51,721 bases of DNA from positions 1 to 51,721 of IMG/VR virus record IMGVR_UViG_3300032303_001618; one strand, written 5' to 3'. The notes under the pieces are model-generated. The model ran no database searches, was not told where the DNA came from, and saw only the letters and a program-made list of their open reading frames with translations. A program made the translations under genes and the position numbers. The first letter of the stretch is position 1. Every line of letters starts with the position of its first letter. This document shows positions 34,030 to 43,303 of this stretch, piece after piece. Origin of the DNA: a virus (lineage: Duplodnaviria > Caudoviricetes).

Positions 34030-34350
34030 ATGTCCAAAGATATTAATGATATTCTGAAAGAAATCAACAAAAACCATAGAGAGATATCCCAAGTGGAAAC
34101 AAAAAATTCTAAAGAAATAGTGGCGTTAAGCAAAGATGTTGACGCTATGAAAAAACAGATCAACTTAATGATCAATAAGTTAGATACTCTTATGGAAATG
34201 ATGATGACAATCACATTATTTCTAGAGGACGCAGCAGAGATAGGCGAAGAAGATATGAACGAAGATGAAGAATACGAATCAAATGAGGGTTGGATTCACG
34301 ACAATGAAGAATGGAGGAATTCATTAGAGGATGATGATTTAGATAACTAA
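34030..34350 (+). CDS. coiled-coil protein with acidic tail
   Basis: AGGAG RBS. Confidence 0.7.
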   Translation: MSKDINDILKEINKNHREISQVETKNSKEIVALSKDVDAMKKQINLMINKLDTLMEMMMTITLFLEDAAEIGEEDMNEDEEYESNEGWIHDNEEWRNSLEDDDLDN

Positions 34351-34361
34351 TGAATATATAA

Positions 34362-34601
34362 ATGTTTAGTTTGGCATTATTTGTATCAATCATTTTTTTA
34401 TGGATTTTATTTTCTGGGCCATTTTGTTTTGTTATTAGTGGCTGTTTTTTTATACCAACTTGGTTTGTAGTCTTATTTTCTATTATAACTATATTTTCTG
34501 GTTTATGGTTTTTTCTATTGCCAATACCAGCAGTAAGATATGTTGGTATTTTATCTCTATTATTAGGAGTCTTGTCTATTAATAACCGGATAAGGAAATA
34601 A
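34362..34601 (+). CDS. membrane protein
   Basis: Three hydrophobic segments. Confidence 0.65.
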   Translation: MFSLALFVSIIFLWILFSGPFCFVISGCFFIPTWFVVLFSIITIFSGLWFFLLPIPAVRYVGILSLLLGVLSINNRIRK

Positions 34602-34625
34602 TTTGACGAGGCGAACGATTAAAGG

Positions 34626-34654
34626 TTGACAAGCCGGATTGCCGATGCTATACT
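34626..34654 (+). promoter_or_regulatory. sigma70-type promoter for rIIA/rIIB
   Basis: TTGACA-17-TATACT, GCCGAT in the spacer. Confidence 0.8.
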
Positions 34655-34694
34655 TACGCTATCACAGGAACGATAACACTTTTGGAGAACAAAG

Positions 34695-37385
34695 ATGAAG
34701 TTGGCAGATCGTACAATCGAAACTCACAGTTCTGGAGTTTCTAGCAAGAACCAGTTTAATATCGCTCAGACGAGCAAGATGTTTAAGATTTTGTCGGACT
34801 CTCTTTATTCCGATAAAGTAATGGCCGCTATTCGTGAACTTTCAACCAATGCCTATGATAGTCATATTTCTGCCGGAAATAAGAATCCTTTTAAGGTTAC
34901 TCTGCCAACTGCTGCCAACCCAACCTTTATGGTAAGGGATTATGGTACTGGTCTTAGTCAGCCAGATATGGAGAACCTTTACACAACATACGGTGCTTCA
35001 AACAAAAACGACAGCAATGATTTTGTTGGGTGTTTGGGTTTGGGTTCTAAGAGTCCGTTTGCTTATACAAAGAGTTTCACAACCGCGTCTTATTTTAACG
35101 GCAAGAAGCATACTTATATCGCCGCTATTGATGATAGTGGAGTGCCAACTCTTAATCTTTTTAGTACCACAGAAACTAATGAGCCTAACGGTCTTGAGAT
35201 CAGTTTTGCTGTAAAGCAGCAGGATTTTCAAGAGTTCACAAACAAGGCTATGCGTATTTTCCACTATTTTCGCATGAAGCCGATTATTGATGGTGGTATT
35301 GGTTCTAATCTTCAAGATCATAAGTACAGCAACACCAATATTGTTATCAGCGGTAATGGTTGGCGTGTTTGTAGACTCAATAATGATGCTCAATACTATC
35401 CTAATAACTATCATCGTATTGATAGTGGTGTAGTTGCGATCATGGGTAATATTGCATACCCCGCTATTGTATCTCAGATTATTGGGGAAGATAAGCCAGA
35501 ATCCCCAGACCATATTCAAAGATGGAATAGAACTTTCCAAAAGTCTGATATTGATTCTTGGAAGAACTTTGTTGGTGAGATCATCCACTCTGGACTTTAT
35601 CTTGAGTTGGATTTTGGTATCGGTGAACTTGAGATGGACGTTAGTAGAGAGGGTTTGCAGTATACCAAGCAAGTTATTAAAACTCTGCGTCAAAAGACAC
35701 AAGAGATTTATATGGAAATGAAGGAGGAATTCTCCAAGAAGATTGCTGCTGCCAAAACAAAGGTCGAGGCAATTAGTCTGTACTATACAATGAATGAACT
35801 TGCTGGTGGCTGGGGAGTTGGTGCCACTTGGACAGACGAGAGTGGCAAAGACCATCAGATTAACTCTGGCAATGATATTGAGTATAAAATTCCAGCAGGA
35901 AAGAGTCTGTATGTTTTTAACTACAAGAGTAGCGGCTATCGTTCTCGTAGGCTTGTTTCCCTAACAGATAAGATTCATCACGAAACTCTTACTGGTAAGG
36001 GTTACAACTACTGGAATAATGCTAAGAAAAACGGCAAGATGGCTTTCTTTGTGTGCGACGTAAAGAGTGAAGAAACCGCAAAGAAAATTGTCACAAAGTA
36101 CTGTAATCTTAATGACTGCTTTGCTTATATGTTGCTTGACACTAAGGACTACACAAAGAGTCTGGAGGGTTTTGATAAACTTATCAATGATGTTGGTGCT
36201 GATAATGTCCTAAAGGTTTCAGACCACAAACATCTCACCCAAAATTCTGGCCCAAGAAAGGCTTATAATAGAAATAGTAATGGTGGAGTCAGCGATCAAG
36301 ACGTATTCTTTATCTATGGATCAACCAAAGATAGTGGTACTATTAGTAATCCATATAATGATGCTCAGTGCTTGCGTATACTCACAGAAGATCAGTTGAA
36401 CGATTTTATGGAAACCGATGAGATCATTTATGTTCCTATGCTGAGATATAAGACTGTGCAAGATATCGGTTGTCCAGAAATTGCTGACATCTATATCACA
36501 CTTAGCGATGAAAAAATTAAGCCAATAGTCAAGGACTTGATCGGCTCAAATAAAATCTATGCTATCAAGAGTGCTTTTGTTAAGAAACTTGAGAACGACG
36601 GTCATAGTCTGATATCTTTTAATGACTTTTTGAAGCGTCAACTGAAAGCGGTAGCAAATAAACATTTTAAGAGCGTATCCTCTTATAATGCTGTTGTAGA
36701 CTTTTGTAGGAACGAGTATGGTACTGTTGAGAAGACATCATCTAATGGTTATAACTACTACAATCATGGTACAACAGATAAGCAGTTTATGTTTCATATG
36801 CTGAATATCTTTGGTCTGGACTATGCTAAGTTTATTGGTAACAAAAAACTTGTTGATGCTATCGACCATACAATGATTATGGAATTTTTTACCCATACTG
36901 TTCATAAGGATAATTTTGATATCGGCCGATTTAATCAAACCAACTATTTTGATCATATGACTAAAATATTGGATGCTGCTGGTATTAAGAATGTCGATAG
37001 TCAGGCTGTGCGTAATAGTCAGGTAGCGTATAATCGTCTATCGGACTTGATTACGAATCGTTTGTATAAGGGTAATAATAAGGTTGCATCTGCGTATCTC
37101 AATATTATCAAAAGTAATGAGGTAGATAAGATTTCGCTTCCGAAAATATCCACTATCAGAGAAAATATTAAAGCGGAGGTTGACAAGAACCCGATGCTAA
37201 AGTATATTCTTGGTAGTCACCAAGTACGCGGGATGCTAACGGACTTGGGGAGCGGTAAGAATCCTATAAATCAACTTGATGATCGTAATAGTTATTATAA
37301 CAATAATGGCAAAGACTGGATTATGCAGATGAGCCAAGATTGTGTGGATTTGTTAAAGGTTCAGTTGAGTAGTTTGATTAAGTAA
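34695..37385 (+). CDS. rIIA: rIIA-like protector from prophage-induced early lysis (GHKL ATPase)
   Basis: ILSDSLYSDK..AIRELSTNAYD, RDYGTG, GLGSKSPFAYT, SREGL.Y; followed by rIIB. Confidence 0.88.
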   Translation: MKLADRTIETHSSGVSSKNQFNIAQTSKMFKILSDSLYSDKVMAAIRELSTNAYDSHISAGNKNPFKVTLPTAANPTFMVRDYGTGLSQPDMENLYTTYGASNKNDSNDFVGCLGLGSKSPFAYTKSFTTASYFNGKKHTYIAAIDDSGVPTLNLFSTTETNEPNGLEISFAVKQQDFQEFTNKAMRIFHYFRMKPIIDGGIGSNLQDHKYSNTNIVISGNGWRVCRLNNDAQYYPNNYHRIDSGVVAIMGNIAYPAIVSQIIGEDKPESPDHIQRWNRTFQKSDIDSWKNFVGEIIHSGLYLELDFGIGELEMDVSREGLQYTKQVIKTLRQKTQEIYMEMKEEFSKKIAAAKTKVEAISLYYTMNELAGGWGVGATWTDESGKDHQINSGNDIEYKIPAGKSLYVFNYKSSGYRSRRLVSLTDKIHHETLTGKGYNYWNNAKKNGKMAFFVCDVKSEETAKKIVTKYCNLNDCFAYMLLDTKDYTKSLEGFDKLINDVGADNVLKVSDHKHLTQNSGPRKAYNRNSNGGVSDQDVFFIYGSTKDSGTISNPYNDAQCLRILTEDQLNDFMETDEIIYVPMLRYKTVQDIGCPEIADIYITLSDEKIKPIVKDLIGSNKIYAIKSAFVKKLENDGHSLISFNDFLKRQLKAVANKHFKSVSSYNAVVDFCRNEYGTVEKTSSNGYNYYNHGTTDKQFMFHMLNIFGLDYAKFIGNKKLVDAIDHTMIMEFFTHTVHKDNFDIGRFNQTNYFDHMTKILDAAGIKNVDSQAVRNSQVAYNRLSDLITNRLYKGNNKVASAYLNIIKSNEVDKISLPKISTIRENIKAEVDKNPMLKYILGSHQVRGMLTDLGSGKNPINQLDDRNSYYNNNGKDWIMQMSQDCVDLLKVQLSSLIK

Positions 37386-37421
37386 TTTCACAGGTAACAA
37401 AAGAAACTTTAGGAGAATAAA

Positions 37422-38294
37422 ATGAGCGTTCCATTTATGTTTGTTGACGGTAATTTGACCCTTGTTCTTAACAACAAGAGTTATCAGGTTCTTCCTGACC
37501 ATATTAATTACAAGATGATTCTTGAGTCTCTGCCAACAGCAACAGAGGAAGAACTTCTTGAGATTGTTGATGTAGAAAAGGCTCTTGCTACCTTTAGCGA
37601 TGGTCTAGTAGAGATCAAGAATGGTCAGGTTACTTACGAGGGAGAGGTTGTTCATGGTAGTGTTAGTAAGCGTATTCTAGAGTTTATGAGCAAGGGTCTG
37701 CCCTTTCAGCCTCTCATTAACTTTCTGAATAACCTTATGGAAAACCCAAGTATGCAAAGTCAAAAGGAACTATACGATTTCCTTGAGCATGAGCATCTGC
37801 CGATTACTGAGGACGGTCATTTCCTTGCCTATAAGGCTGTTCGCTCAGACTATATGGATAAGTATCGCGGGCTTTTTGATAATCATGTAGGCCAAGTCTG
37901 CCAAATGCAGAGAGCAAAGGTAGACGATAATCGTGCTAGGGGTTGTTCGGATGGGCTTCATGCTGGTGCATTGAATTATGTGGCTAGTTATGGTAGCGTG
38001 GACGCAGGCGATAGAATCGTGATCGTTAAGATTAATCCCAAGGACGTTGTTAGTGTTCCAAGCGATTGCAACTGTGAGAAACTTCGCACCTGTCGTTATG
38101 AGGTTGTGGGCGAATATGAGGGAGAACTTCTAAAGCCTCTGTATTCAGCCGACTTTGCTCAAGAGGATTATGATGACGATGAGGAAGATTATGATAATGA
38201 TTATGATTGGGCGTGGAACGAGTCGGAAGAAGATGACGAAGATTATGATGATGACAATGAATCAGATTCGTATGGCTACGGCTCATATAACTAA
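37422..38294 (+). CDS. rIIB: rIIB-like protein
   Basis: NPS..S..ELY.FL, ITEDG.FLAYK, CS.GLH, P.DVVSVP.D...KLR.C.Y.V; acidic tail. Confidence 0.92.
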   Translation: MSVPFMFVDGNLTLVLNNKSYQVLPDHINYKMILESLPTATEEELLEIVDVEKALATFSDGLVEIKNGQVTYEGEVVHGSVSKRILEFMSKGLPFQPLINFLNNLMENPSMQSQKELYDFLEHEHLPITEDGHFLAYKAVRSDYMDKYRGLFDNHVGQVCQMQRAKVDDNRARGCSDGLHAGALNYVASYGSVDAGDRIVIVKINPKDVVSVPSDCNCEKLRTCRYEVVGEYEGELLKPLYSADFAQEDYDDDEEDYDNDYDWAWNESEEDDEDYDDDNESDSYGYGSYN

Positions 38295-38300
38295 ATAGTC

Positions 38301-38383
38301 AAGATGGTGTTTGGAACTTGTAAGATAGTACCTATATAGTTTCTACTATCCTACAATAGAGGTTCGATTCCTCTACCATCTTT
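38301..38383 (+). ncRNA. tRNA-like RNA (acceptor + T-arm, extended central stem)
   Basis: AAGATGGT/ACCATCTT; GTT-TGG-AAC mini arm; 13 bp central stem; AGAGG-TTCGATT-CCTCT. Confidence 0.7.
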
Positions 38384-38400
38384 TATAAGGACAATATCAA

Positions 38401-38817
38401 ATGCACGAATCCTATGACGATAATGATGACTACTACGAAGACAACTATGATGATGGTCAAGATTATGACCAGAATCAGTCAGATTGGAATAAGTTTTATT
38501 TCAAGTTTGATGTTACGAATAGTCCGTTGTCGGATTGGGTAAAGAAGACTATAGACACTTTATTTGGTGACAAGTTTAATCTACCAAAAGTTCCGTTTGT
38601 TTCGTTTCCTGTGAATGATTGGCTCTCCAATACAGCGAGTGAAGGAAACTCTCTCCTGTATTTGGGGAACAATCATTATAATGAGCCGATATATAAGGCT
38701 AAACACTTTATAGAAAATAAACTACAAAACGAATACACCAACCATCTTCAGCAATACGCTTCGCACTTTATAAAGCAACCCACATACTATAAAGGACTAT
38801 ATGACATACTCAACTAA
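38401..38817 (+). CDS. hypothetical protein with acidic N-terminus
   Basis: AAGGA RBS. Confidence 0.7.
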   Translation: MHESYDDNDDYYEDNYDDGQDYDQNQSDWNKFYFKFDVTNSPLSDWVKKTIDTLFGDKFNLPKVPFVSFPVNDWLSNTASEGNSLLYLGNNHYNEPIYKAKHFIENKLQNEYTNHLQQYASHFIKQPTYYKGLYDILN

Positions 38818-39037
38818 TATCAAGTTTAAGCTATTTTTTGCTTCTGGAGACATGATTACGGTTTTCTCAAGAGAAGAAGCACTTAAAGAAGTAAATATTA
38901 GAGCGAATAGTTTACAAGATTTCGCAACTCAGATTATTGAATATATAGGACAGGAAACAATAACATACAAGCCACTGTATTCTGCGGAATTAAGGTGGAC
39001 TGAATACACGGAAGAAGGGAAAACTTACTCATTATGA
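38801..39037 (+). CDS. hypothetical protein
   Basis: AAGGA RBS. Confidence 0.6.
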   Translation: MTYSTNIKFKLFFASGDMITVFSREEALKEVNIRANSLQDFATQIIEYIGQETITYKPLYSAELRWTEYTEEGKTYSL

Positions 39038-39456
39038 GTCAAAAATTTATAATTGATAATATAGAAAAGTTTACAGATAGTGCTAGAATGGTGGTCTTTA
39101 ATAGTTTTGGTAAAGAAGAGATGGCTGAAGATCCAGACGGTTTTATGGAACTGTTGTCTATGTCCTCGCAAGAAGAAAGGAAAGAACTAGACTCTGTATT
39201 AACTCATAAGGAATCGCTCTTAATAGTGGAGCAAAATGCTAGGAAACAGGTCAATAAGAATACAAAAGAAGTCAGGTATCTGATAGACGAAAAAATATTT
39301 GCTGATATTCTTGAAGCACTTAATTCTAGGATGGTCAGTAATTTGCTTGCGAATTTAAGCAGGCAGGGGTTGATAGAGTCGGCATACGACGACAAAATTA
39401 ATGACTTCGTGTTTTGGCCTGTTGACCCTAAATCATCGGAGGATTCTTCTAATTAA
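39034..39456 (+). CDS. hypothetical protein, paralog of 22742-23161
   Basis: Motif similarity to the paralog. Confidence 0.75.
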   Translation: MSQKFIIDNIEKFTDSARMVVFNSFGKEEMAEDPDGFMELLSMSSQEERKELDSVLTHKESLLIVEQNARKQVNKNTKEVRYLIDEKIFADILEALNSRMVSNLLANLSRQGLIESAYDDKINDFVFWPVDPKSSEDSSN

Positions 39457-40051
39457 CTTTATCTCTCTTTTTAAGATTATCCTTTTTCCACAAGGGCTGT
39501 AAATTTGAATAATGATTACATAGTTTTTGTTGCTCGGGGTCGGTTAAGTCAAAACTAGCACATGGTTTAATATGATCAATATGCCACTTTCCATGATTAG
39601 TCCAAGACATTCCGCGTTTAAATTGGTTTTCAATATGTTGTTTGAAAAATTGATCATCACATCCTATTTGAGTAATGGTAGAAGAATATTTGGTATTATT
39701 GTTAGAAACTCTTTTTATTGCTCTTATAACTATGCTTCTCATTAATTTCCTAATTTTAAAATTTTCATCTGTCAGTATTCTATTCTTTTCATACTCTGTT
39801 ATTTTTTTACGATTCTTTTTTCTATACTCTTTTCCGTAAGACAAAAGTTTATTTTTATGCTTTTTACGATATTTTTGAATTTTATTTTTACCGGCATCAG
39901 TTTTCGCCCAGAGTTTTTGTTGTTCTTTTAAACATTCTCTACAATGACTTTGCAATCCATCATGTCGTTTTTGATGCTTATTAAATTCTGTTTTATTTTT
40001 CATAGTCTGGCATCTTGGACACCATTTTTGCATTTTATTGCTTTTTATCAT
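39449..40051 (-). CDS. HNH homing endonuclease (same family as 11119-11787)
   Basis: GMSWTNHGKWHIDHIKP..HYSNLQPLW; AAGGAG RBS. Confidence 0.85.
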   Translation of the reverse strand: MIKSNKMQKWCPRCQTMKNKTEFNKHQKRHDGLQSHCRECLKEQQKLWAKTDAGKNKIQKYRKKHKNKLLSYGKEYRKKNRKKITEYEKNRILTDENFKIRKLMRSIVIRAIKRVSNNNTKYSSTITQIGCDDQFFKQHIENQFKRGMSWTNHGKWHIDHIKPCASFDLTDPEQQKLCNHYSNLQPLWKKDNLKKRDKVN

Positions 40052-40106
40052 AATAAACTCCTTGATGACTTTATATTACACCAAAACGACTTTATATTCT
40101 AATTTT

Positions 40107-40553
40107 ATGAAAACAACAAAGAAAAGCCTGAAACCGATTAGTCTAGACGCTCATTTTAAATATGAGTGTCCAAACACAGAATGTACCATACAGCACTGGC
40201 TATCTCTTAAAGAGACTCAAACAAAAAACTTCAAAGTTGTTTGTGATTGCGGAACTATTTTTCAACCAAAAAGAATATCTAAGATAAAGATCCTTTATAG
40301 TAAACCTAAAACCAAAAAAGAAATCCCTGTCGATACGGAGATCCTTAACAAAAAGCCAGAGTCAGAGGATAGAGAAGTTGTTAAAATTCCGATTGACCTA
40401 CTAGACAGGTCTGCTAAAATATTAAGTACGTATGGTTTTACCGATAAAGAGGCTAGAGAACTGCTGGTAGACGCATATGACAAAATAAAGACCGAAGATA
40501 TTGGCAACTTAGTTAAATATACATTGGAAACATTTGGAGGAAAGCATGGCTAG
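40107..40553 (+). CDS. Zn-ribbon protein with RuvA C-terminal-like domain
   Basis: CPNTEC..CDCG; C-terminal L..YGF...EA..L.......LVK.TL; directly upstream of ruvB. Confidence 0.6.
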   Translation: MKTTKKSLKPISLDAHFKYECPNTECTIQHWLSLKETQTKNFKVVCDCGTIFQPKRISKIKILYSKPKTKKEIPVDTEILNKKPESEDREVVKIPIDLLDRSAKILSTYGFTDKEARELLVDAYDKIKTEDIGNLVKYTLETFGGKHG

Positions 40554-41448
40554 TATTATTAGACCAACGAGATTTGATGATGTTGTTGGTCAGCAAGATG
40601 TTGTGGAGCGGCTCAGAGTCTCTGTGGTGGGTTGTAAAAACTCTGGTGGTGTGATGCCTCATGTTTTAATAGACGGCCCTCCGGGGCTAGGCAAGACCAC
40701 TATAGCGAGTGCCATAGCAAACGAGATGGAAGTCAACCTATATACTCTCAACGCGGCAAACGTAAGAAGCGTAAAGAATATACTTCCGTACTTAATGGGT
40801 ATAGCACCAAGATCTGTTCTTTTTATAGACGAGATTCATAGATTACCAAAACTAGTAGAAGAATTTCTATATCCAGTAATGGAAGATTTTGTTCTTAGTA
40901 TAATGGTAGAAGATAAGCCAGAACAAATAGATATTCCAGCATTTACTTTGGTTGGAGCCACAACAAGCGGTGGCAGTCTTAGTCAGCCCTTTTATGATCG
41001 TTTTCAGATTAAGGAACATCTTTCTTTTTATAGCCACGATGATCTTGCTAAACTAGCCGAATTGAACGCTAAAAAACTAGGAATAGATTTAGACCAGGAT
41101 ACCGCACTAGAAATAGCGAAAAGAAGCAAGGGAACTCCTAGAATCCTTAATGGTAGACTTCAATGGTACAAAAATTGTGTCGCATACTATAAAGATAAGA
41201 ATATGGGAGTAGATGACATATTCAATAGTCAGGGCATAGATGGGAACGGGCTAGATCTTTATGATAGAATGTATTTAGATACACTAGTCAAGCATAGAGG
41301 CAATCCCCTTGGGCTTAAGAGTATTTCTTCTTTGACCGGTATTGCAATAGAGACTATAGAAAATAGCATAGAGCCATTTCTAGTTAGAATGGGATTTGTG
41401 ATCAGAACTCAAAAGGGTCGAGTGATAAGCAACACTAGTGTGGTGTAA
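40546..41448 (+). CDS. ruvB: Holliday junction branch migration ATPase RuvB
   Basis: RP..FDD.VGQ, GPPGLGKTT, LFIDEIHRL, FTLVGATT, DRF, SKGTPR, IEPFL, RT.KGR. Confidence 0.95.
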   Translation: MASIIRPTRFDDVVGQQDVVERLRVSVVGCKNSGGVMPHVLIDGPPGLGKTTIASAIANEMEVNLYTLNAANVRSVKNILPYLMGIAPRSVLFIDEIHRLPKLVEEFLYPVMEDFVLSIMVEDKPEQIDIPAFTLVGATTSGGSLSQPFYDRFQIKEHLSFYSHDDLAKLAELNAKKLGIDLDQDTALEIAKRSKGTPRILNGRLQWYKNCVAYYKDKNMGVDDIFNSQGIDGNGLDLYDRMYLDTLVKHRGNPLGLKSISSLTGIAIETIENSIEPFLVRMGFVIRTQKGRVISNTSVV

Positions 41449-41489
41449 TGTAATCACCTATAAAATTGTCTTCTATTTTTTGTATTCAA

Positions 41490-42137
41490 ATGAATATTTT
41501 AAATTTTTGTTTTGAAAAAATATATGTTATTAATATAAGTACTAATAGTCTAAGGAAAAATTCTGTAAAAAAAGAACTAGACGGAATAGATTTTGAATTT
41601 TTAGAAGCAATAGTTCCTGAACATATTAAGGATAAGAAAACTCAACAAATTTGCGGCAACAGGCTCTCCCATTTATCTGCAATAAAAAAAGCTAAATATT
41701 TAAACTATAAAAATGTTTTAGTATTAGAAGATGATATTATTTTTGATAATAGAATTAATTATGATTATATAATGAGAGAATCAAAAGATTTTCTAACTAA
41801 TGATAAGTGGGCTTGTTTTTATTTGGGGGGTAAAGCAAGAAATAATCTGAGGTTTTCTAACAATATAACAAATCATATAAAACCAATAAAATCTATGATA
41901 GGTACACATGCTATAGCTTATAATCAAGAGTTCTATGATGATATAATTGAATGTTTGAACAATGATAGTCTGATACCTATTGATTATTATTATGCTGGAC
42001 CACCGAATAACAATCAGAATACTGGATTCTGTCATAGTCATAATTGCTATAGTATATATCCAAAGTTTATAGTACAGCGTACTGGAACAAATGTTAATGG
42101 CAAATCTATAACAGATAATTATTGGAAAGATTTTTAG
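41490..42137 (+). CDS. glycosyltransferase family 25
   Basis: IYVINI..R, SH, LVLEDD, GTHA.A, ID. Confidence 0.85.
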   Translation: MNILNFCFEKIYVINISTNSLRKNSVKKELDGIDFEFLEAIVPEHIKDKKTQQICGNRLSHLSAIKKAKYLNYKNVLVLEDDIIFDNRINYDYIMRESKDFLTNDKWACFYLGGKARNNLRFSNNITNHIKPIKSMIGTHAIAYNQEFYDDIIECLNNDSLIPIDYYYAGPPNNNQNTGFCHSHNCYSIYPKFIVQRTGTNVNGKSITDNYWKDF

Positions 42138-42138
42138 T

Positions 42139-42798
42139 ATGAGTAATGAAATAAAATTTATTTGTGTATGTAGGCAAAATCATACATATAATATAGAATA
42201 TATTAATAGATTAATGGATGGTTTTAGTAAACACACAACCGTAGATGTCCCTAGATACTGTATAACAAATGTAAGTCAAGTAGAATCAGCATCCACTATA
42301 GATTTAAATTTCAATTGGCCTGGGTGGTGGTCAAAAATTGAACTTTGTAGACCAGATATTACAGGAGACATTTTTTATTGTGACCTAGACACTATCTTTA
42401 GAAAAAATATAGATTTTATACTAGAATTATGCAGAAAAACAGACCATCCTATTATGCTACAAGATTTTATGAAAAAAAATAGACTGGCTTCGGGGGTTAT
42501 GTGGCTACCCAAAATATACAGAGAAAAAATATGGGAGAAATGGATTACAGATCCTAATACTCATATTAAAAATTATAAAAAGGGGGGAGATCAAGCATTT
42601 ATATCGTCTATAATAGGTAATAATTGTCTAAAATGGCAATCTCTGCTACCCAAAAATAGTATAGTTTCTTTAAAGGTTCACTGTAAAAAAGAAACACCAG
42701 GCGAATCAGCGATAGTGTGTTACCATGGCAATCCTAGACCACATCATATTGGATGGTCGGAAAAATTTATAGATCATTGGTGGATTAAATCTAAGTAA
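42139..42798 (+). CDS. GT8-like glycosyltransferase
   Basis: WWSKIEL, YCDLD, SGVM, GDQ, YHGNPRPH. Confidence 0.8.
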   Translation: MSNEIKFICVCRQNHTYNIEYINRLMDGFSKHTTVDVPRYCITNVSQVESASTIDLNFNWPGWWSKIELCRPDITGDIFYCDLDTIFRKNIDFILELCRKTDHPIMLQDFMKKNRLASGVMWLPKIYREKIWEKWITDPNTHIKNYKKGGDQAFISSIIGNNCLKWQSLLPKNSIVSLKVHCKKETPGESAIVCYHGNPRPHHIGWSEKFIDHWWIKSK

Positions 42799-43303
42799 AT
42801 AATTGTATTTCTTTATTCATTAATAGTTTTTGCACAAACAATAATTCTAATTTAGGTTTATGTGGACGCTTAACAGTATGATCGAATCCACATATACTAA
42901 TGTTAAAATTGTGTAGTTTAGCTGCATAGATCGCATACATTCCACAAGAAGGTGAATTTATTTGAATAATATTTTTTTTAAAATAATTTAATTCTTTTTT
43001 TAGTAAAACAAACTCTGGATATTTATTTAGTAATTGTTTTACTTTATTTATTCTCTCTGTGGTAAAAGGGAAACAACCCCCATTTAAAAAAATATCCCAA
43101 ACTATTTTGTTTTTATTTGAAATAATAGTCTGATCTGATATATCATACCAGAATGTTGTACACCAGATATCACATCTATTGTCTGCATTATCTATGGATT
43201 TCCAATTATTCATACGCAGCACATAGTCAAAACTATCTAGATTTTTATCTTTTAAAGTTTTATGCAAAGACAAACCATTGCCACATATTAAAATTGTTTT
43301 CAT
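42791..43303 (-). CDS. GT29/sialyltransferase-like protein
   Basis: ICGNGLS..D.VLRMN, PSCG..AI, GFD. Confidence 0.65.
   Translation of the reverse strand: MKTILICGNGLSLHKTLKDKNLDSFDYVLRMNNWKSIDNADNRCDIWCTTFWYDISDQTIISNKNKIVWDIFLNGGCFPFTTERINKVKQLLNKYPEFVLLKKELNYFKKNIIQINSPSCGMYAIYAAKLHNFNISICGFDHTVKRPHKPKLELLFVQKLLMNKEIQLFT

Noticed and set aside
34998-35855. 285 aa antisense ORF within rIIA
   Set aside because: Shadow frame with no recognisable motifs
11119-40051. Endonuclease genes as group I intron ORFs
   Set aside because: Flanking genes are intact rather than split, and no P/Q/R/S intron core is visible; they are free-standing
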